From the NCBI RefSeq assembly GCF_030144855.1, contig NC_082731.1:27776001-27840000 (forward strand): a stretch of 64,000 nt of DNA, given 5' to 3'. The notes under the pieces were generated by a model, which was given only the letters and a program-made list of their open reading frames with translations, did not search any database and had not been told where the DNA came from. The stretch comes from Hypanus sabinus (Eukaryota). The translations under genes and the position numbers were made by a program. Within the stretch, counting starts at the first letter, position 1. Every line of letters begins with the position of its first letter. Of this stretch, positions 36,400 to 48,479 are shown in pieces.

Positions 36400-38890
36400 G
36401 GAAGCATAGATTGGGTTTAGGAGGTCAGGGATGAATGAATTATTTGATGATTATATAAAAGATTAAGAATATTCTTAAAAGGGAAATCAGGAAGGCAAAG
36501 TGATAGATCTTGCAGGTAGAGTTAAGGAAAATCCTAGTGCTATACAAAGGGTGGGAAAGGAAGAGAATACATCTCCTTTGAGGTCAGCAGGATTGCATAT
36601 GCCTTAGCTGCTGGGGATGGGTGGGATTTTTTTAACAGATAACTTTCCTCAGTGTTTACTGAAAAGAATATCATGGCTGATCGAGAGTTAAGGGAAAGCA
36701 GCAGAGGTGTTTTGGAGGACATTCACATGACCAGCAGGAGGTATCTGCAGTCTCACTGCGTATTAAGGTGGGTAAGTCCCAGGTGCCTGACCGAGTGCAT
36801 CCTTGGACATTGTTGGAGCCCAGAGAAGAAATTGCGGAGGCCCTTGGTTAGATGATTGATTTATCTTTGGCAATCGGGAAAGTTCTATAAGACTGGAGTG
36901 TGGCTAATGCCACTCTGTTGCTTAAGGGTAGCGAGGACAAGCTGGGGAACTGCAGGCCTGTCAGCCCGACATCAGTAGTGGGGAAGTTACTGAAGGGACA
37001 GGATCTACCAGGATTTGGATGAACAATGTCAGATTAGGAGAAATCAACATGGTTTTGTGTATGGGGGGGTCACGCTTGACAAAATTTCTATAGAGTTCTT
37101 TGAAGAGGTAAGCAAAAGTGTAAATGAGGGCATGGCCGTGGACAGGGTCGGATTAACCTAGTAGCAAAGGTAGCATATGCTATGGGCCCCTCATTTTCGA
37201 GGGCTTCACCCGCACTAAATGCTTGCAAACTGCAGTCTGGTGAAATCGGCATTCTCACAACTGTTAGAGTGAGTTCTGTGTAGACGATTAATACATGACT
37301 TCAGCCATCAGTCGTCTGTTCTTTGACAAAGTACAGTGGATTGAGTTCATAATACCACTTTTCCTGAAAGTTGTGAACCCAGTTGCAATGCATCTCTGGC
37401 GCCTCTGAGACAAGAATGCCAAGTTGCAAAGACACCACATCTATGCTTTCTGAATATGAATTGTCCTCTATGTTAGCACTAACATACCAAATAATGTATT
37501 ATGGATTTTAACTGCAAAGCCTCATTTGTTTCATCACTGACCTTCCGGGAAGGAGAATAATTTGCCTTGCTGGATTTTCCGTGGTGTTTTTCCAAGGATC
37601 TTGTGAATTGCTACCTTAATCCTGTAATCGCTGGAGTTAGAGGGGGATAATAATATCCAAATTGCCGGTGGTGCTCATATCCTGTGAACCCGGAGAAGAA
37701 AGCGGAAAGCATTTTCACAAGTTGAAATTGAAGTTATTTGCCCTGAGATGGAATTACTTAATCGATTACTCGTGAAAAAAAGTTGGAATGAATGAGGTCC
37801 GCTAATGACAGGATGTTTTGATGGATATGGATTGTGTGTGTTGTTTCTGTGCAGTTCGATGTCTCACATCACAAATGAAAAAAAAACTACAAACAGTTCC
37901 AGTGACAAGTCTGCATGACCCAGGTTAAATTGTCAATTGGTACTCATACACGAAATTAGACTGAGAGGAATGAAACGGCATTCTAGGGATTGTCAGGAAC
38001 ACGAGTTGAAAATCTGAAAGGGGGTGCGATAGATCAGGTTATCAGTAAATATCACTGGTTCCACTAATTGTTTCAAGGCATCAGATGATTTGCGAACAAC
38101 CCCGTTTGAAACAGGCAACGATTCTAATGTGGAATGTGAGTTGGAACTGGAACATCATCTCGTATAGAAAACTGTGGTGTGTGAACGCATTTTCATTAAC
38201 ACGGACTAAAATCGCATCAGCAGCTGCTGCGAGCGAGGAGACATCACGGCCCCCGTACAAGTAACTGAAAGGTATTTACCCGGGACACCGATAAATTCAA
38301 TTACTGTGTAACAAATAATCTGTGCCTGTACCATTGTTAATCCCGGGCTGTTAAAGTTTAAAGGTCTGCTCCCAATTTTCTAATGTTCTACTTTTCATAA
38401 AAGACGGTAAGGGTAAATAAATTCAAACAAAGAGCAATTATCAAATCGTGAAATAGACATTTCCAGTATCATCAACAAATTTGCTCATGCTAATCTAGAA
38501 AATCTAACTTTTAAATTGTAGTTTTGTTACTTTTGACATTTGGAATTGATACCTACATGTAAGTAATACTATTACTGAAGTGTCAGACATGTGTTGTATT
38601 ATCTGGCTGTATAGCAAATTAAAAAATGAATTACTTTACTATGCAAGTAAATAATTAATGTTTTAACATTTATGTGTTTTTTTTAAATTTAGGGCCCCTT
38701 TATAACTTATGCTACAGCTTAATCCTAATAACTAGCTTAATCCGGCTCTAACCGTGGATGTCTGTTGGGACTTTAGCAAGGCCTTCACCATAGCAAACTG
38801 GTCTAGAAAGACAGATCTCATGGAATCCAGGGAGTGCTGGTCAGGTGGATTCAAAACTGGTTCGGAGGTAGGAAGCAGGGGATGGTGTTA
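36400..38890 (+). mobile_element. CR1 ORF2 fragment split by a hAT insertion
   Basis: CR1 sequence ...gagggcatggccgtgga (37142) resumes as accgtggatgtctgttgggactttagcaaggcc (38751). Confidence 0.8.
37143..38750. mobile_element. Non-autonomous hAT DNA transposon
   Basis: Imperfect TIRs CAGGGTCGGATTAACCTAGT and ACTAGCTTAATCCGGCTCTA. 8-bp TSD GCCGTGGA / ACCGTGGA (7/8 match). Confidence 0.88.
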
Positions 38891-38899
38891 AAGTTTGTT

Positions 38900-39655
38900 C
38901 CTCAGAATGGAGGCCAGACCAAGGAGCTAGTGGTGGACCTGAGGAGGGCTAAGGTACTGGTGACTGCTGTTTCCAGCCAAGGGGTCAGGGTGGACATGGT
39001 GGAGGATTATAAATACCTGGGGATACGAATTGACAATAAACTGGACTGGTCAAAGAACACTGAGGCTGTCTACAAGAAGGGTCAGAGCCATCTCTATTTC
39101 CTGAGGAGACTGAGGTCCTTTAACATCTGCCGGACGATGCAGAGGATGTTCTACGAGTCTGTGGTGGCCAGTGCTATCATGTTTGCTGTTGAGTGCTGGG
39201 GCAGCAGGCTGAGGGTAGCAGACACCAACAGAGTCAACAAACTCAATCGTAAGGCCAGTGATGTTGTGGGGGTGGAACTGGACTCTCTGACGGTGGTGTC
39301 TGAAAAGAGGATGCTGTCCAAGTTGCATGTCATCTTGGACAATGACTCCCATCCACTCCATAAGGTACCGGTTAGGCACAGGAGTACATTCAGCCAGAGA
39401 CTCATTCCACTGAGATGCAACACTGAGCGTCATTCCTGCCTGTGGCCAACAAACTTTACAACTCCTCCCTCAGAGTGTCAGACACCCTGAGCCAATAGGC
39501 TGGTCCTGGACTAATTTCCACTTGGCATAATCTACATTATTAATTAATTATTTATGGTTTTATATTGCTATATTTCTACACTATTCTTGGTTGGTGTGAC
39601 TGTAACAAAACCCAATTTCCCTCGGGATCAATAAAGTATGTCTGTCTGTCTGCCT
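38900..39655 (+). mobile_element. Rex1/Babar-like LINE 3' end
   Basis: ORF 38834..39490 (YKYLGIRIDNKLDWSKN, LYFLRRLRSF); aataaagtatg(tctg)n tail. Confidence 0.87.
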
Positions 39656-40711
39656 GTCAGTTCCAAGTTCCTGGGTATCTGAGGACCTGACCTGGACACA
39701 GCATATTGTTGCAACTATAAATAAGGCAAGATAGCGGCTAGATTTCTTTCTGAATTTGAGGAGATTTGGTTTGTCACCTAAAACTCTGGAAAACCTCTAT
39801 TGATGTATCGTGAAGTGCACGCTGACTGGCTGAATCACCATCTGGTATGTGGGGGGGGGGGGCTACTGAACCGGATCAAAGTAAGCTGCAGAGAGTTGTA
39901 AAGTTAGTCAGCTCCATCATGGGCACGAGCCTCCATACTGTCAAAGACATCTTCAAAAAGAGCTGTGCCTCAGGAAGACAATATTTATCATTAAGGACCT
40001 CTATCACCCAGGACATGCCCTCTTCTCACTGTTGCCGTCAGGAAGGAGGTACAGAAGCCTGAAGGCACACACTCAGCAACTCTGGCTCAGCCCTTTCCCC
40101 CTGGCATCCGACTCCTACATGGACATTGAACACTTCCTCAACACTTTTTAAAAGATTATTTTGGTCTTTGCACCACTTATTTTAACCCATTTAATATACA
40201 TAGACATACTCTCTGTAATTCAGTTTTTTCTCTCAACAAAGTTTACAAATTTCACGACAAATGCTGGCGATATTAAACCTGATTCTGTGATAGTGGTGTC
40301 GCGCAGGGGCCGGTGCTGGAACCCTTGTTATTCATTATTTAAACAAGTGAATTTGGATGTAAATGCTTGAGGCTTGATCAGCAATTAATGCGGATGACAC
40401 AAAACTAGATGGCTTCATAAATCACAGGGTGGTCCTGAACAGTTAGGAAAGTGGGCTGAGGAGTAGCAGAACAAGTAAGTGTGAGCTGATCCATTCTGGA
40501 AGGTCACAGCACAGTAGGACTTGTAGTGTGGACAGTGTAAAAGAACAGAGGAATTGGCCTGTAATTTCCATTCTTTCTGCTACTGTGGAATGCACTTCCA
40601 CTGTAAAGACATACACAAAATACTTACTAAGTCCATCAGCCATTTCTTTGCCCACATTACTACCTCCACAGCATCATTTTTCAATGGTCTGATATCGACT
40701 CTGGTCTCTTA

Positions 40712-41490
40712 TTTCAAAGGTTCAATTTAATATCAGAAAAATGTATAATAATGCAAAACAATGCAAATGCAAAACATCCACGGGAACAGAGAAGTGCCCC
40801 AAAGAATGAACAACAGCTAAACGTGAGAACCCGAAAGTCCCCTCTCCAGCTTCCCCCGCGCATAAGCGGTGGCGAGCAACAATCCCCCCTCCCCACACCG
40901 GCAAAAGAAATAGCGCAACTGCTACCGAGTACAAGCGTGAGCTAAGCAAGAGCAAAGACACAGACCTTGCAGTTACCCCAAAGGTTATCATAATTCATCT
41001 AGCATTCGGCAACCCAAAGGTTCTCTCTCTCCCTAATAAGGGAGAGGGAGGGGTCCCCCATTTTCACAGCAAGCGGGACGCATAACAACAAACTGCTGGT
41101 TTACGATGTTAAAAAGTCTGTTGTCGCTTTTTACGAGCTCTATGCCCAAAGATCACAAAGCCCACAGCAAAAGATTTTTTGGCCTCCCCAATGACACAGA
41201 AGTCTCCCGCCGTGACTCAGACCATCAATCCACCCATCTCCAGAGCTCTGAGATCTTAGGCTTCCGAACACCAGGCCACCTCTCAGGCTCGCCCCTTGAC
41301 GTGCCGAACATTGGCCGGTCCTGAAACCCCGAGAACGGGTCCCATTCCTACAAAGAACCAAATTCAGTATGTAACCCCAGGTCAGGGTCTTCAAAAGAAC
41401 CCTGAAAGGGAAAAACAAAGATATTAAAGGTGAAAATAGAGCTATTTCCGAAGATGCAAGCAAAGAAATCGCCGTTTAGCGCCATCTTAA
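40712..41490 (-). mobile_element. Non-coding retro-derived interspersed repeat (about 780 bp); second copy at 45185-45945 (+)
   Basis: Minus strand starts AAGATGGCG and ends attaaattgaacctttgaa; alignable with 45185-45945; sits inside CR1 sequence. Confidence 0.7.
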
Positions 41491-41829
41491 TTCTACCTCT
41501 GTATTTACTCCTTATATATGTGAAAAATTATTTTGGTATCGTCTTTGATATTATTGGCTAGCTTACCTTCATATTTCATCTTTTCTCTCTTTTTGGCTTG
41601 TTTTAGTTGCCTTCAAGTTCAACTTTAATTGTAATTCAACCACACATGAATATCCATGAATACAGCCAAATGAAACAGCATTACCCAGGGGCTAAGGTGC
41701 AAATCACAGTAACAACAGTCATACACAGCACAAGGCACATATTTCACATAATCTGTAACAGCAAGCCTGCTGTGGTTGTTTTTTTTAAAGTTTCCCAGTT
41801 CTCTACCTTTCACTAATTTTTTCCATATT

Positions 41830-43000
41830 ATAGAGTCATAGAGAAGTAAAGCACAGAACAGACCCTTTAGCCCATCTAGTCCATGCTGATACCATTCAAA
41901 CTGCCTACTCCCAAAGACCAGGACCACAACCCTCCATATCCCTACCATCCATGAACCTATCCTAACTTCTCTTAAACATTGAAGTCAAGTTCGCATGCAC
42001 CACTTGTGCTGGCAGCTCATTCCACACTCTTACAAGGTGAAGAAGTTTCCCCTCATATTCCCCTTAAACTTTGCACCTTTCACCCTTAACCCATGACTTC
42101 TGGTTGAAGTCCCACCCAACCTCAGTGGAAAAAGCCTGCTTGCATTTACCCTATCTACCCCCTCTTTCAGATCTGCTCTCAATCTTCTATGCTCTAAGGA
42201 ATACAGTCCTAACCTATTCCATCTTTCCTTGTAACCCAGGTCCTCCGGAACCGGCAACATCTTTGTAAATTTTCTCTGTACTCTTTCGACCTTGTTTACA
42301 TCTTTTCTGTCGTCAGGTGACCAAAACTGCACATAATACTCTAAATCAGGCCTCACCAATGTCTTGAACAACTTCAACGTAACATCCCATCTCCTGTACC
42401 AAATACATTAATTTATGAAGGCCAATGTGCCAAAAGCTTTCTTTATGACTCTATCTACATGTGACACCACTTTCAATGAATTATGGACCTGTATTTCCAG
42501 ATCCCTTTGTTCTACCACGCTCCTCAGTACCCTACGATTCACTGTGTAAAACATACTCTGGTTGGTCCAATTGAAGTGGAAGACCTCACACTTGCCTGCA
42601 GTTTCAGTAATTACCTACTGTAGCATCTCAGGGAACACATTGTTAGGCCCTAGGGTTTATTCACCCTGATTTGCCTCAGGATAGCAAACACTTCTTCCTC
42701 TGTAATCTGCACAGGGTCCCTGAAGTTGATGCCGCTTTACCTCACTTCTATAGACTGTGTCTGTTTGCTGAGTAAAGACAGATGCAAAAAATTTATTTAG
42801 GATCTTCCCCATCTGTTTTGGCTCCACACATGAATTACCATTCTAGTCACCTAGAGGACCAATTTTGTCCCTTACAATCCTTTTGTTCTTAACATATCTG
42901 TAGAATCCCTGAGGATTCTCTTTGACCTTGTCTGCAAGAGCAAATTCATCCCTTCTTTTAGCCCCCCTGATTTCTTTCTTAACAGTTTCCAATGAAACAC
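41830..43000 (-). mobile_element. CR1 fragments
   Basis: ORF 42030..42377 (LVRPDLEYYVQFWSP); catagag tail at about 41835. Confidence 0.82.
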
Positions 43001-45180
43001 ATCCCAAGGAAGAAGCATTCTAAAGGCAGGATGACACACATATGGCTGACAAGGGAAGTCAAAGCCAGCATAAAACCAAGTGAGAGGGTATATAATTGAG
43101 CAAAAATTAGTGGGAAGTTAGAGGATTGGGAAGCTTTTAAAAACCAACTGAAGGCAATTAAAAAGCCTTAAGGAGCAAAAAAAAATTAAATATGAGGGTA
43201 AACTAGCCAATAATATCAAAGTGGAAACCAAAAGATTTTTCCAATATACTAAGAGTGAAAGAGAGGCAAGAATAGATATCACACAGCTGGAAAATGATGC
43301 TGGAGAAATAGTAATTGGAGACAAGGAAATGGCAGATAACTAATTGATATTTTGCATTAGCCTTCTCATTGGAAGACACTAGCAGTCTCCTGAAGTTTTG
43401 AGAGTGTCAGGGGGCAGAAATGAGTACTGTTGCTATCACTAGGGAGAGGGTGCTTGGGAAGCTGAAAGGCTTGAATGTAGGTAAGTCACCTGGACCAGGT
43501 GGCTACACCGTAGGATTCTGAGAAAGGTAGTTGAATAGGTTTTGGAGATATTACTGTAACATGCTGTAAGGTTTCTCTGTAGCAGCAACGTTTGGGTTTT
43601 GACTAGAGATGACGGAGTTTGGAATGCTGTTGTTCTTTCTTGTGAGTCTGGAAGAGGGATTTTCGCGGGCTTTTGGCGGGGAGAGATGAGGAGAGAAGAT
43701 GTCAATGGAGGGAGTTGGTAAACCATTGGACGGAGTGGACCTGGAGTGAGGGTCCGAACGACAGCGACGATTGGAGGAGGTCAATGGTGGAAGACAGGCT
43801 TATCGGTGAGCTCCAACATTGCACAATAGACTGTTTCATAAGAATGGGCCCTTTTTCTTTTGTTCATTGTCTTTACTAACCATATAGTCAAAGTAAGAAT
43901 TATAAAGCTTAATCGTTTAATTGCCTATTGTGTATTGTTTTTTATTTTGGGGTACTGATTTGTAACGGGACACATAGTGCTGCAACCACCCAAACGAGAT
44001 TTTTTTTTAAGTTTGGCCGGGCCAAGGGCTATCACCTCCTGTATTAAGCTGCTAACTGAAGTGAAAGTCACATTAGTATTGATCTTTCGAAATTTAATAG
44101 ATTCTGGCATAGTTCTGGAGGATTGGAAAATTGCAAATGTCTCTCCATTCTCCAAGAAAGGAGAGAGACAGAGGAAAGGAAATTATGGGCAGTTAGTTTG
44201 GCCTCAGAGATTGGGAAGATGTTGAAATCAATTGTTAAGGATGAGGTTTTGGAGTACTTGGAGGCACATGATAAAAATAGTATGCAGATAACATGGTTTG
44301 CTTAAGGGAAAATCTTGCCTGACAATTCTGTTGGAATTATTTGGGGAAATAACAAACAGGATAGTCAAAAGGGAATCTGTGGATATTGTGTACTTGGATT
44401 TTCAAAAGACCTTTCACAAGGTGCCACAAATGAGGCTTCTTAGCAAGATAGGAGCCCATGGTATTACATGAAAGATACCAACATGGATAGAGCTTTGGCT
44501 GATTGGCAGGAGGCAGTGAGTGGGAATAAAAGGAACCTTTTCTGGTTGGCTGCCAGTCCCTAGTGGTGTTTCGCAGTCATCGGTATTCGGACTGCTTCTT
44601 TTTATGTTGTATGTTAATAATTTGGATGATGGAATTGATGGCTTTGTGGCCAAATTTGTGGATGATACAAAGATAGGTGGAGAGACAAGTGGTGTTGAGG
44701 AAGCAGGGAGGTTGTAGAAAGACTTGGGTAGACTAGGAAAGTGGGCAAAGAAATAGCAGATGGAAAACTTTGTCGAGAAGCCTAAGAGCATGCACTCTGG
44801 TAGAAGAAATAAAAGCATAGGCTGTTTTTTAAATGGGCAGAAATTTCAAATGTCCAAGGTACAAAGGGAATTGGGAGTCCTCGTGCAGGACTCCCTAACG
44901 GTTGTCTTGCAGGTTGAGTCCGTGGTGAGGAAGGTAAAAGTAATGTTAGCATTCATTTCAAGAGGACTAAAATATAAAGGCAAGTATGTAATGCTGAGAT
45001 CTAAAAGGCACTGGTGAGGCCTCACTTGGAGTGTTGTGAACAGCTTTGGGTCTCTTATTTGGGAAAGATGTGCTGACTTTGGGGAGAGTTCAAAAAAGGT
45101 TCATGAAAAAGATTTTGGGATTGAATGAATGTCTCATCATATTAGGAGCATTTGCTGCCTCTGGGTCTGTACTCATTGTA
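43000..45180 (+). mobile_element. CR1 ORF2 region split by a solo LTR
   Basis: DWKIANVSPFSKKG, GVSQSSVFG, KFVDDTKIGG, LGVLVQDSL. Confidence 0.85.
43555..44072 (+). mobile_element. Solo LTR
   Basis: TGTAACA...GTCACA termini with flanks TTAC / TTAG (4-bp TSD, 1 mismatch); the CR1 frame resumes after it. Confidence 0.72.
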
Positions 45181-45184
45181 ATTT

Positions 45185-45945
45185 AGAAAATCAGCAAAGG
45201 AGACAATGGCATTTAACTCCTTTGCTTTCAACTTTGGAAACACCTCTATTTCTATACTTAATATCTCTAATTTTCCCTTTCAGCGTTCTTTTGAAGATCC
45301 TGATCTGGAGATACGTGCTGACTTCAGTTCTTTACAGGAATGAGACCCACTCATGGGGTCTCACAACTGGCCGTTATTCAATATACCAAGGACGCAGCCT
45401 AGAAGATTAGCTTGCCTTCGGAGTTTGGGATTTTGTGGCTCTGGAGGTTGATGGACTCGAGGTTGGTGCCTCTGCAGGAAATTGGTGTGACATGGGAGAC
45501 GGAAGATCTCTGGCTGTGTGCCCAGAGACCCGAGTTCTTTGGGCACAGAGCTCAGAAAAAGCGATGCAACGGACTTTTAACATCTTAAATCAGCAAGTTG
45601 TTTGTTATGTCTCCCCTGTCGCTGCAAAATGGAGACACCTCTTTTTCCCTTATTAGGGGGAGAGAGAGAGAGAGAGAAGCTGTGGTATGTCAAATTACAG
45701 GGTAAACGAGTACTCTTTGGGGTATTGCAATTCTGTGTCTTTATTGAATCTTTGCTGCATGCTTGAGTGCTCAGTGGGAGCACCAATGCTTTTCCTTTGC
45801 TGGTGTAGGATGGGGGATCATTTCTTTGTCGATTACATATGGGGGGATGCTAGTGGAGCTTTGGGGTTCTAACATTTAACTGTCATTCATTCTTTTGGGC
45901 ACTCCTATGTTTACATGGATGGTTGTGAGGAAAAAGAATTTCAGA
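45185..45945 (+). mobile_element. Second copy of the 40712-41490 repeat family
   Basis: Shared blocks such as ttttccctttcagcgttcttttgaagatcctga and ttgtgttatgtctccc. Confidence 0.65.
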
Positions 45946-47209
45946 ATTCCAAGTTTTGGTCACTGGAGGTTCAACATAAAAGTGAGATGGGATGTTTTCC
46001 TGCTACTGTACTTGTTTTTTAAATCTTTAACAATCTCGAACTTCTTCAGCCCTGGTGAAAAATTCTGACCTGTAGGAGTTTCAGTTGTGATTTCATTGAG
46101 ATGCATAAAATTAAGAGGGCCATGAACAGGAAAAGCTCCCACAGAATATTGGCAAAGTGACTGGATTGAATGAATATCTTGGTCAGCATGGAAGAGTGGG
46201 GTAGAGGGGCCGGCTTCAATACTCCTTGACTTTCTAACTTTACAAATGCAATTGCAATTTACAGTGGTCATTTAACCCACCAACCAGTGTGTATTTGGGT
46301 TGTGGAAAGAAGGCAAATTTGAATGTAGCATACTCATTTGAAGAGTTCCTGCAGACTCAGGACCCCCTAATGTTCTGGAATCCTCCTGTGCACTATTTCA
46401 CCCACATCCTCCACCCTCAGTCTGGCTGTTACACTGACACCCAGTGGCCATCCATTAGTATTACAGCAATCTGCCTGTCTGAAGCCTGAACATTTGAGTG
46501 TTCTTCCCAGAGTTTGCAGTTTATCACTGCAAGGTTACAAATACTTCCAGTCAAATTGACTTCAATCCAGACACAAGTCTGCAGATGCTGGGATCTGGAA
46601 CGACACACAATCTACTGGCGGGCTGAGCAGCATCCATGGAAAGAAACCGTCGAATTCCAAATGAGGATAGTCCACGTGAGCATCTGGGTTACAACAGACA
46701 GAATGTAATTACCGAAGTAAAGAAACCTGTTCATGTTCTGAATCAGAAGTAAAAACTCTGGACAGACAATATACATTGTACATCTGTAGCTGAGGGAATG
46801 AAATGGAGTGTCAGTGAGTAGACCATATACATCTCCAAATGTAACAACTCATGGTTGTCAACGATCAAGTCAACACAAATATAAAATAACAAAACCACAG
46901 TCCATTGAACAAGAGCTCAGATCAAAGCATTACTGAAGACACCCTATAAATGCTAATTACTGCAAAGTAAGAATGCATTGACAGAAAAACCAAGAAGAGA
47001 AAGCAGGGAATGTATAAAATGTCCTATCAGTGAGATACTAACTGATGAATGAAAACCCTGCCCTTTCCCTGTCTGTCACTTTCAATGTGACATATTCATC
47101 TGAAGAGCCCCTGTAGTTTCCGGACCTCCTGGCACAGTAGAATCCTCCTGTGCACTGATTCACCCACACTGTCCAGCAGTGTCTCTGCCCGACTGTTACA
47201 CTGACACCC

Positions 47210-48365
47210 AGAGATTGTCAGGTACTATTACATTGAGGCCATCCAGCCCTCTGGGTTCTCCCCGTTCTGGGAGGACAGGTCAAAAAGCTTTCTGGGAGGC
47301 GTAAAGCAGGTGGGGTATGCTTCATGGTCAATAGTGCTTGGTGCGACCCCCAGAATATCCATGTCCTCAAATCTTTTTGTTCCCTGGATCTGGAGTGCCT
47401 TGTGCTGCTGTGTAGACCTTTCCGGTTGCCTAGGGAGTTCATGACTGTTATTATTACAGCTGTGAATATTCTGCCACAGGCTGATACTGACCTGGCTCTC
47501 GAGCTCCTTGAGCACCCAGAGACTGCACACCCAGAGGCTGTCTTCATCATCCCCAGTGACTTTAATAGAGTATCACTGTTTATAGTTTCCCCAAAGTTTT
47601 GCAAGCATATCCAGGTGAGCACACAGGCATATAGCATACTCGACCACTGCGACTCTCCCTTCCACAATGCTCACAAAGTGCTCCTCTGCCCACACCTTGG
47701 AAAGTCAGATCTCTCCTTCATTTTGCTTCTGCTGATGGACAGACAGAAACTGAAACAAGGGGTGGCTATTGTTAAAATCATCCACTGTTGTTCCAACCAA
47801 TTGGTTTCCATGCTACAGGACCGCTTTGATGATGTCAACTAGAATGTCTTTCATGATGACGATGTCTCTAAGTTGACAGATGAGGTTACGAGCTTCATCT
47901 GAAAGTGCATCAAGCATGTTGTCCCCAGAAATCGGTCAGGGTCAAGGTCTACCCAAACAGCAGGGCTCTGCAGAGAGTGGTGCGGACAGTCCAGCACATC
48001 TGCGGATGTGAATTCCTCACTATTCAGGGCATTTACAGAGACAGGTGTGTAAAAAGGGCCCAAGAGATTACTGGGGACCGAAGTCACCTCAACCACAAAC
48101 TGTTCCAGCTGCTACCATCTGGGAGATGGTACAACAGCATAAAGCCTGGACCTACAGGCTCCTGAACAATTTCCACCAGGCCATCAGACTGATTAATTCA
48201 TGCTGATACAATTGTATTTCTATGCTAAAATGACTGTCCTGTTGTACATATTATTTGTTACAAATTACTATAAATTGCACATTGCCATTTAGACAGAGAC
48301 GTAACGTAAAGATTTTTATTCATGTATGTGAAGGATGTAAGTAATAAAGTCACTTCAATTCAATA
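47210..48365 (+). mobile_element. Rex1/Babar-like LINE with internal deletions (EN and 3' end)
   Basis: GGVCFMVNSAWC...LLCRPFRLPREF...DFN...LDHC; aataaagtcacttcaattcaat tail. Confidence 0.8.
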
Positions 48366-48479
48366 CAGCAGCCAGTTTAAATGAGGCTCAATATCTGGAG
48401 GTGTTCCTCTGACCCCTAGTGGTTGCAGCTATTATTGTAGGTTAAGAAATTGTTCGAATCAAATCAGCTTTTTACAAGT

